Below, piece by piece: positions 57,312 through 64,000 of a stretch of 64,000 bases of DNA. The position numbers and the translations under genes were made by a program. The notes under the pieces were generated by a model, which made no database searches, was not told the DNA's origin, and worked only from the letters and a program-made list of their open reading frames with translations. The DNA is from Patescibacteria group bacterium. GTDB taxonomy: Bacteria; Patescibacteriota; Patescibacteriia; CAIXNZ01. The stretch is from positions 1,932 through 65,931 of the forward strand of contig JBAZJU010000008.1 in the NCBI GenBank assembly GCA_041651155.1, read 5' to 3'. Positions within the stretch are counted from its first letter, which is position 1; each line of letters begins with the position of its first letter.

Positions 57312-58499
57312 CTAATTTTTAAAGAGCTGCAAATAGGCATCAAAAATATATTTTTTATCATGTTTTTTATTTAAATTTGAAAACATTTTATTTATCTTAG
57401 CAAATGAAACAGCCTTGCTAATTTTTTTAATTCTGCCGATTACTGCTTTTGGCTTAGCAAAATCAACAATCAAGTCAGCGCAGTGGTTTCTACGATATTC
57501 ATTGACCCAGCCGACATTTGGCGATATTAAGGTAATTTTTCCTTCATTCGCGGCTTCAATCACTACATTCGGCGAAACATCAAAATGCGAGGGCAAAATT
57601 AACAAGTCCATTTTTTGTAAAAATTTAATAATATGATTATAATCCATTGGCGCAATAACTTCAACCAAATTTCGGTACTGCTTTTTAAAATCAGATCTCA
57701 CGGCTGTTTCCGGTATTTTAGTGACGGAATAAATTTTCCATGGCAATCCGTTTTTTCTTAACGCCTTGGCCAGTTTCAAAATTGCTTCATGATTTTTAAT
57801 TCTGTCCCAACGGGCAATCGCTCCAATTTTTAAGGATTTATCACTATTGAATGCTTTAAACTTTGGCCGAATATTTTTTTTGCCGGAAAATGGCAAAGGA
57901 ATCACGAAAGCTTTTTCCGATGGCACTTTGCGAACAAGTTTAAAATAAGTCTGCTTGCTAAACTCATTCAAAAAAATTTCAACTGCCACCGAATCAGTAA
58001 TATCTTTTTCCATTTGCAACAGTAATTTTCTACCCCAGGGTGAAAAAAAATCAGCATAGATATTTATTTCCTTGGCCAAAATTCCCGCATGCTGAATCAC
58101 GATTTTCTTATTTTCATCAAAAGCAGCCTTCAAAATTATCCAATTAAAAATAGAAAATCCATTAAGAAAAATGATGTCGGGCTTAAACTTTTTTATTATC
58201 CTGCGAATTTGCTCAATAACGGGCTGTAAAATCTTTCCTGGGTCAACTTTGGTTTTTGCATCACAAACCGCCTTAATTAATTTTTGATCCATTGACACCA
58301 GCCAAAAAAATTTGCCTTTGCGTTTTATCTGCTTAATTTTTATATTTGAATCTGCACTGGCAACAAGAGAAATCCCCTGCCAAATATTTTTCTTATTTAT
58401 CGCGTAATCTGAAAATTCTTTGGCAAACCTGGCCGGTCCACCTGTAGAAACTTTATCAGCCAGAAAATTAGATCTATAATCATTGGAAAATATTATCAT
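57312..58499 (-). CDS. glycosyltransferase-like protein (GT-B/GT4-like)
   Basis: 395 aa. HFDVSPNVVIEAANEGKITLISPNVG resembles the GT4 C-terminal motif. Confidence 0.45.
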   Translation of the reverse strand: MIIFSNDYRSNFLADKVSTGGPARFAKEFSDYAINKKNIWQGISLVASADSNIKIKQIKRKGKFFWLVSMDQKLIKAVCDAKTKVDPGKILQPVIEQIRRIIKKFKPDIIFLNGFSIFNWIILKAAFDENKKIVIQHAGILAKEINIYADFFSPWGRKLLLQMEKDITDSVAVEIFLNEFSKQTYFKLVRKVPSEKAFVIPLPFSGKKNIRPKFKAFNSDKSLKIGAIARWDRIKNHEAILKLAKALRKNGLPWKIYSVTKIPETAVRSDFKKQYRNLVEVIAPMDYNHIIKFLQKMDLLILPSHFDVSPNVVIEAANEGKITLISPNVGWVNEYRRNHCADLIVDFAKPKAVIGRIKKISKAVSFAKINKMFSNLNKKHDKKYIFDAYLQLFKN

Positions 58500-58504
58500 A
58501 ATTC

Positions 58505-59155
58505 TTATTTTCTATTCAAACTTGCCAGCGCTCGTTTAATATCATTTGGCCGGCTCAAAGCTTCACCCATGGCTAAAATATTTGCGCCTGCATTAATAAT
58601 TTCCCCTGCATTTTCTAGATTAACTCCTCCATCAACTTCAATGTCCAATTTAGGATAAGCTTTTCTAATCTCTTTAATTTTATTTAAAACTTTAGGCTGA
58701 AATTTTTGTCCGCCCCACCCAGGTTCAACTCCTAAAATTAAAATCAAATCAAGAATTGGCAAAAATTTCTTAAAGATCTCAAACTTAGTTTCTGGATTAA
58801 CCGCCAAGCCAACCTTAATTTTGTGCTTTCTCAAATAATCAATCAGACCCAAAATTTTTTTATCATTTTTAACTGCCTCGTAATGAAAAAATATTTTTTT
58901 AACTTTTTTAAAATTTTGCCATTTTTTTATAACTTTTAACGGATCATTGACCATTAAATGCAATTCTAAATCAGCGCTAAAAATTAAGCTTTTTATCTTA
59001 TCAATATCGAAAAATGTTTTATTTTTTACAAATTCGCCATCTGCGCAGTCAATTTGCACTAAATCAAAATACTCATCCAGTTTTTCCAGTTTTGACTTAA
59101 ATTCTGCAAAAGATTGAGTTAATAACGTTGGAACTAGTTGTATCTTTTTTTTCAT
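58505..59155 (-). CDS. rpe: ribulose-phosphate 3-epimerase
   Basis: The ORF track extends to 59221. The likely start is MKKKIQLVPTLL at 59155. Motifs DCADGEFV, HLMV, GVEPGWGGQKF, DGGV. Confidence 0.85.
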   Translation of the reverse strand: MKKKIQLVPTLLTQSFAEFKSKLEKLDEYFDLVQIDCADGEFVKNKTFFDIDKIKSLIFSADLELHLMVNDPLKVIKKWQNFKKVKKIFFHYEAVKNDKKILGLIDYLRKHKIKVGLAVNPETKFEIFKKFLPILDLILILGVEPGWGGQKFQPKVLNKIKEIRKAYPKLDIEVDGGVNLENAGEIINAGANILAMGEALSRPNDIKRALASLNRK

Positions 59156-59189
59156 GGATATAAAACCATTATTTTCAGCCGAAGGCTGA

Positions 59190-59651
59190 TCAGCCTCTGG
59201 CTGAAAATTCCTTATTCTCAATTAGTTTAATTTTTCTCACTCGTCGTTGATGCCTGGCCGCTCTTGAAAAAGGCGTATTTAACCAGGTTTTAATAATTTT
59301 TTGAGCTAAATCTTTTTTTAAATTCCAGCCAGATAAGCACAAGACATTGGCATCATTATGTTCGCGTGACAAAACAGCATCATAGGTTTTATCAAGAGAG
59401 ACAGCTCTCACGCCTTTTACTTTATTAGCTACAATACAAACCCCAAAAGAACTGCCACAAATTAAAATCCCCCGATTTTGAGGATTTTTAGCCACAGCCT
59501 TGGCAACTTTATAACCGAATTCTGGATAATCATCATTTTTATCCAATTTAAAATTACCCAGATCAATAAATTTAATTTTTCGGGTTTGAAAATATTTTTT
59601 AATTTGTTCTTTGAGCTTAAATCCTGCGTGATCTGCTCCCAAATAAACCAT
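59190..59651 (-). CDS. rpiB: ribose-5-phosphate isomerase B
   Basis: 153 aa. Motifs GADHAG, ICGSSFG, REHNDANVL. Confidence 0.85.
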   Translation of the reverse strand: MVYLGADHAGFKLKEQIKKYFQTRKIKFIDLGNFKLDKNDDYPEFGYKVAKAVAKNPQNRGILICGSSFGVCIVANKVKGVRAVSLDKTYDAVLSREHNDANVLCLSGWNLKKDLAQKIIKTWLNTPFSRAARHQRRVRKIKLIENKEFSARG

Positions 59652-59759
59652 TTGTCTAATTTTAAATTATAAATTTTTAATTTTTAATCAATTATTAAAT
59701 GACTAAATTTTAAATTATTCTTCCAATAATTAAAATTTTAAATTTAGACTTTAGCCTTT

Positions 59760-62204
59760 TCACAATTCAACTGTCTCCCCTTCATTAACTTTCTTTGCAT
59801 CCCCCAGCAAGTCAACTGACGGCATTTTTTCTTTTTTAGGCAGCTCCTCTTTCTTTACAATTTTAACTTCAGGTTCCTTCTTAACCTCCTTGCTTTTATC
59901 TATAGTGAGTTCTGGCTTAACTACTTTTATTTCCGACTCTTTTACTGGCTCTTTTGGTTTTTCCACTTTATTTTCAAGAGTTGGCTTCTTTTCCATATCC
60001 TCCCTAGCCTTTTTATCCACCATAGCTTTCCTGACTTCCGTAGCTTTTTTATCAGCCATAGCTTTAGCGTCGGCTGAAGCGTAGGAAGTAGCGGAGGTGG
60101 AGGCGAAGGAGGGCTTAATTGCCTCATTTTTAATTTCTGGCATTTTAATTTCTTTTGGTTTTTCTACGGGTTTTATCTCCACCTTAATCTTTGGGGTCTC
60201 AATTTTAGCTTTCTCTGGCTTTTCTAAAATAGGCTTGGCCGGTTCAGCTTTAACTTCTTGGACTTTCAACGCCTTAATCTCTGGCTTGAAAATTTCTTTT
60301 GGCTTGGCCATTGGTTTTATTTCTGCTTTAATTACAGGCTTTGACTCGGCCATGACTCTTGGTTTTTCAACTTTTTTTTCATCTTTCTTAATTTCTGGTT
60401 TATCTGGCTTCTCTGTCGGATTAGCTTTAATTTCCCATGGTTTAACTATTTCCTTTTTCCAAGCCTCGTCTTTTTGTTGCCCTTCTTCCCCTTTTTGCTC
60501 CTTTCTCCCGTTTTGCCCTTCTTTTATCGGCTTACCCCCAAAATCCACTGTTTGTTTTTTTATTTCAACCAAAGAAACGGGCGGCTTTTCAACCTTTTTA
60601 ATATCCTCCGAAGCCTTGGCGAAGGAGGACATTTTAATGTCACCGCGACGCGCTTTTTTCAAACAATCCTTACAATAAACTGGCCTAACATTATCAGGCT
60701 TAAATGGCACCTCAACTTCATTTCCGCAATTATAACAAAGAGCCTGATACTTTGGCCCGGTTGAAGATTTTGACATTTCTTCTTCATTTTTTTTGCCAAT
60801 AGGCCGTTCTTCTCTTCTACCTTCCTGTCTTTTGGCAAAAACATCAACTGTGACGCCTGACTCCCTATCTTTGTCAGTTAATTTTGCCTCGGCTTTGTTA
60901 CCAGAACTCCAGCGCATTATTTTATCTTCTACCACATCACGCGGTTTAGTATAGCGCTCACGCGAGGCACGAATAGCTTTTTCTTCATTACCCAAAGATT
61001 CGCCATAAACCGGGGGCAAGCCTTTGGCTGAAAAAGGCTCTGAGGTTACGCCATCAATCATCAACTTTGTATAAAAATTATATTTCGGCAAATTAACTAA
61101 ATCTTCTGGCAAAATATTTGGCGCAAATTCATTTTCCAAAAATTCAGCATCTTCTGCTCCCACGCGAAAACAAATAATGGTGCCCACATTGCCAAAAACA
61201 GCAGGCTTAACCACTTCACCCAGCTGTTCAATATATTGGTGGGCGATTATCAAGTTTAAACGGTATTTGCGGGCTTCTGATAAAATATTGGCAAAAGAAT
61301 CGGTAGCAAAATTTTGAAATTCATCCACATATAGGTAAAAATCTTTTCTGATATCTTCTTGAATATCAACACGGCTCATGGCTGATAATTGTATTTTAGT
61401 AACCATCATTGCGCCCAATAAAGCTGAAGCATCCTCGCCGATTCTGCCTTTAGATAAATTTAAAATTAAAATTTTCCCCTCATCCATGACCTTGCGCAAG
61501 TCAATTGATGATCTGACCTGTCCAACAATATTTCTGATTAAAGCAGTTGATAAAAACTGGCCGACCTTATTTTGAATAGGCGAAATAACCTCTTGCAAAA
61601 CGCGATCATTCCACTTAGTAAACTCATCCAGCCAAAAGGAGCGCACCACAGGATCCTGGACTTTATCTACTACTTTTTTACGATAAACCTTATCTACTAA
61701 AATGCGGTTAATCCCGAGCAAGGTGCTATCGGGATATTCTAACAAAGCCAAAATAGCATTGCGCAAAATATATTCCAAACGAGGCCCCCAAGAATCAGCC
61801 CACTGTTTTTTAAATACCCCGATCAAGCCTGAAGAAATTAAGTGCCGATATTCTGGCGCGACTTTTTCCAGCACATTGAAAGAAATGGGGAAATTAATAT
61901 CAGACGGATTAAAATAAATCACATCATTAATACGATTGGAAGGAATCCAACCCAGCATTTTTTCTGCGGTATCACCATGAGGATCAACATAACAAACGCC
62001 ATGCCCGGCAATAATATCAGAATAAACCATATTTTCAATCAAAGTGGTTTTGCCCATGCCGGTTTTTCCAATTACATAAACATGGCGCCTGCGGTCATCT
62101 ATTTTAATGCCAAAAACCCTTTCGCGATTTCTAAAAGTGGTCACCGCAAATGGCGTAACTCCGGCTTGCATTGCCTTATGCATTTGTAATCTTTCTTCTG
62201 ACAT
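59760..62204 (-). CDS. AAA_10 (VirB4/TraG-VirD4/HerA-like) P-loop ATPase with a zinc ribbon and a ~300-aa K/E/P-rich repeat tail
   Basis: 814 aa. Walker A YVIGKTGMGKTT, then CYVDPHGD (the AAA_10 D-P-K/H-G-E/D box). Walker B YLYVDEFQNF. HQ motif LIIAHQYIEQL. Zinc ribbon CYNCGNE...CKDC. C-terminal PEIK/KPxE repeats. Confidence 0.6.
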   Translation of the reverse strand: MSEERLQMHKAMQAGVTPFAVTTFRNRERVFGIKIDDRRRHVYVIGKTGMGKTTLIENMVYSDIIAGHGVCYVDPHGDTAEKMLGWIPSNRINDVIYFNPSDINFPISFNVLEKVAPEYRHLISSGLIGVFKKQWADSWGPRLEYILRNAILALLEYPDSTLLGINRILVDKVYRKKVVDKVQDPVVRSFWLDEFTKWNDRVLQEVISPIQNKVGQFLSTALIRNIVGQVRSSIDLRKVMDEGKILILNLSKGRIGEDASALLGAMMVTKIQLSAMSRVDIQEDIRKDFYLYVDEFQNFATDSFANILSEARKYRLNLIIAHQYIEQLGEVVKPAVFGNVGTIICFRVGAEDAEFLENEFAPNILPEDLVNLPKYNFYTKLMIDGVTSEPFSAKGLPPVYGESLGNEEKAIRASRERYTKPRDVVEDKIMRWSSGNKAEAKLTDKDRESGVTVDVFAKRQEGRREERPIGKKNEEEMSKSSTGPKYQALCYNCGNEVEVPFKPDNVRPVYCKDCLKKARRGDIKMSSFAKASEDIKKVEKPPVSLVEIKKQTVDFGGKPIKEGQNGRKEQKGEEGQQKDEAWKKEIVKPWEIKANPTEKPDKPEIKKDEKKVEKPRVMAESKPVIKAEIKPMAKPKEIFKPEIKALKVQEVKAEPAKPILEKPEKAKIETPKIKVEIKPVEKPKEIKMPEIKNEAIKPSFASTSATSYASADAKAMADKKATEVRKAMVDKKAREDMEKKPTLENKVEKPKEPVKESEIKVVKPELTIDKSKEVKKEPEVKIVKKEELPKKEKMPSVDLLGDAKKVNEGETVEL

Positions 62205-62207
62205 ATT

Positions 62208-63995
62208 TTAATCTATAAAAGGTAAATTCCCAGGAATCCCTGATTTTTCCTTGCCCTCAGTCCTGTCTGCCCCGGCCTTAGCAAAGGCAGAAGATTTACT
62301 CGTCTTGGCAGAGGCCGGAGCAAAGGATGATTTTTCTGCTTCAGTTTTATCAGCCTCTTTCAGCGGCGATTTCTTTGTATTTTTATCTTTAGTTTTTTTA
62401 TCAGCTTTTATTGCCTCCATCTCTGTTTTTTTAATCTTCTCTAATCTAACAGCATCTTCTTTGGCTACCTCTTTAAGCTTTTCTTCTCTGGCTGGCCTGC
62501 CTTTTTTAAACGCCTCCTTATCTTTGGCAAACTGCATTTCAAAAGTATCATTATCATAATCAAACGATGGAACAACCTGGGTCTTTTCAGCAATAACCTC
62601 GCTCACCTGCTTTGGCCTTGCGGCTTGAGTGGCAACACCAAACGGCAAATCAGCTGGCGCCGCTGCTTTTCTAAATTCAGTTTTTCTAAGCAATGGCGAT
62701 TTAACATACATGCTTGGGAAGTGCCATAAAGAAGCCAATTCTTCACTGCACATAGGCTTGGCAGGATCGCCCATGACCCCATCTCTTGAGATATAACCGC
62801 CCAATAGCCAGTTTCTTCTGGTATTGCGCCTATATTCAATTAAAATATACTGGGGCGCATTTGTCCCAGTAGGTTTTAAGTCTGGTTTTAAGCTGTTTGC
62901 ATTCATATCTGACCATTGTTTAATTACCCCAACCATGCCATTAACACCTAAAGATTTATTCATCTTGTCTTTTTCAGCGACATAAATATATCTTATCTTT
63001 GTATTAAAAGCTAATTTAGAAATTTTACGTTCAATTAGTTCAAGCTGTTCCTTTTGCCCAGGCGTTAAATTCATCATGCGAAAGGGCTGATCCTCTTTTT
63101 TATTATTACCAGTTTCATCGGTTGATGGTCCGAGTATCTGGTTAGAAAATTCGCTGGCAATACCTGTCCCCATTTCAGCCATCCCTCCCAAAATGCCCTT
63201 TTTTTTCTCTTCCGGCGGTATTTTTAAAATTTTATTTATAACCTTTTCTCCGCCTTCTCTGCCCCAATCTACAGCTAATGGTCTAATTAGAATCTGCAGC
63301 CACATCTGTTCGCCTGGACCAATCTGGCTCATATTTTCAAGCATCGCAGCCATGGGATCAACAAAAACCTCTGAAAATCTATGCTCAAATTTAGTATAAG
63401 TTTTAATCGGCAAGTAAACATTTTTATTACTTAACGTAAATTCACAGCCCCAAATATCATGGGTATCATTAGGATACCAACGCGGCACTGAATGAGTATA
63501 ATCTTCAACTTCTGTTATTTCAGCATCAGGAAACTGTGACCATACTGCTGCTTCCACTAAATTTCTCCAGTGGCTTGGAGTTCTAATTATAAACTGGACA
63601 TTGCCTTCAATGCTGACAATTTCGCACGAAAAGCTAAGCTGAAAAACGCCAACAATGTATTTTTCCCATTTATTAATGGTAGCATGAGCACCTTGCAAAT
63701 GGTCAAAAAAATTTTCCATGGCTTGGACGCTCTGCTCATTCATTTTTGGCACATCTATAGCCAAATAAGTCATTTTAACCGTTTGAGCAAACCACCTGTT
63801 CTGGATATAATCCATATATTCCGGAAAAATTAATTCTACTATAAATACATATACAATAAGCAGCCAACCCCAGTATTTAAACAAAAACAACCAGACCACT
63901 GCATAGGCAGTAGGCGCAGTCGTAAAATCATAAGCCACTTGATTTACAAATTGGCTAATGAAAGATATAATTGGACTTAAATCAATCACAAACAT
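62208..63995 (-). CDS. large membrane protein, unknown function, translationally coupled upstream of the AAA_10 ATPase
   Basis: 595 aa. N-terminal TM helices. The K/E-rich C-terminal tail ends ...SSFAPASAKTSKSSAFAKAG..., resembling the PSFASTSATSYASADAKA motif in the ATPase tail. Confidence 0.4.
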   Translation of the reverse strand: MFVIDLSPIISFISQFVNQVAYDFTTAPTAYAVVWLFLFKYWGWLLIVYVFIVELIFPEYMDYIQNRWFAQTVKMTYLAIDVPKMNEQSVQAMENFFDHLQGAHATINKWEKYIVGVFQLSFSCEIVSIEGNVQFIIRTPSHWRNLVEAAVWSQFPDAEITEVEDYTHSVPRWYPNDTHDIWGCEFTLSNKNVYLPIKTYTKFEHRFSEVFVDPMAAMLENMSQIGPGEQMWLQILIRPLAVDWGREGGEKVINKILKIPPEEKKKGILGGMAEMGTGIASEFSNQILGPSTDETGNNKKEDQPFRMMNLTPGQKEQLELIERKISKLAFNTKIRYIYVAEKDKMNKSLGVNGMVGVIKQWSDMNANSLKPDLKPTGTNAPQYILIEYRRNTRRNWLLGGYISRDGVMGDPAKPMCSEELASLWHFPSMYVKSPLLRKTEFRKAAAPADLPFGVATQAARPKQVSEVIAEKTQVVPSFDYDNDTFEMQFAKDKEAFKKGRPAREEKLKEVAKEDAVRLEKIKKTEMEAIKADKKTKDKNTKKSPLKEADKTEAEKSSFAPASAKTSKSSAFAKAGADRTEGKEKSGIPGNLPFID

Positions 63996-64000
63996 ATTGT

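Overview
Low-GC (~35%) bacterial window read almost entirely off the minus strand. The gene content fits a small-genome Gram-positive-like or CPR/Patescibacteria-type organism; this is an inference from the short ProRS lacking an editing domain, the short AtpH, the split transketolase and the many tiny ORFs. Recognisable housekeeping blocks: mrdA(partial)-mreDCB, proS, rlmN, a complete F1Fo ATP synthase operon (atpZ-like, B, E, F, H, A, G, D, C), tatD, cvpA, metG, rsmI, a PfkB kinase, split transketolase, two GT4 glycosyltransferases, rpe and rpiB. Between them sit several accessory regions. (1) A ~15 kb minus-strand cell-surface island (7.1-22.2 kb): a 1170-aa LamG-repeat protein, a propeller-repeat protein, and three ~350-aa paralogs that share a near-identical ~170-aa C-terminal domain ending VVGNF. 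The island also holds a DUF916-like TM-anchored protein, a smaller protein ending GNYGATLTYEFIPVF, a cohesin-like anchored protein and an adjacent dockerin-bearing FN3 protein. The gene order resembles the Gram-positive WxL/csc clusters. (2) A GC-rich block of six tiny genes with consensus Shine-Dalgarno sites (25.6-27.4 kb), including tandem zinc-ribbon mini-proteins. It is flanked by a UvrD-helicase/Cas4-like nuclease fusion and a degenerate IS200-like (RAYT-like) transposase gene. GTAG-headed REP-like hairpins occur nearby and inside the atp operon. (3) A family of small inverted-repeat elements. Two ~80-bp MITE-like elements have perfect 15-bp terminal inverted repeats (CTACAGATTACAGAT). 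Two ~0.5 kb cassettes are bounded by inverted heptamer arrays (CACGGAT / CACWGAT) and each carries a GxxExxY (PD-(D/E)XK) gene; they bracket an aldolase-like gene. Nearly every atp intergenic spacer holds such an element. (4) Recurrent hairpins with a GCTTTAG/CTAAAGC loop, including a 96-nt three-stem candidate structured RNA. (5) An AAA_10/T4CP-like ATPase with a zinc ribbon and a ~300-aa K/E/P-repeat tail, next to a large membrane protein that shares a C-terminal SFAxxSA motif. (6) A GC-rich (~48%) lipoprotein glycoside-hydrolase gene that looks horizontally acquired. No rRNA, tRNA or CRISPR array was recognised.
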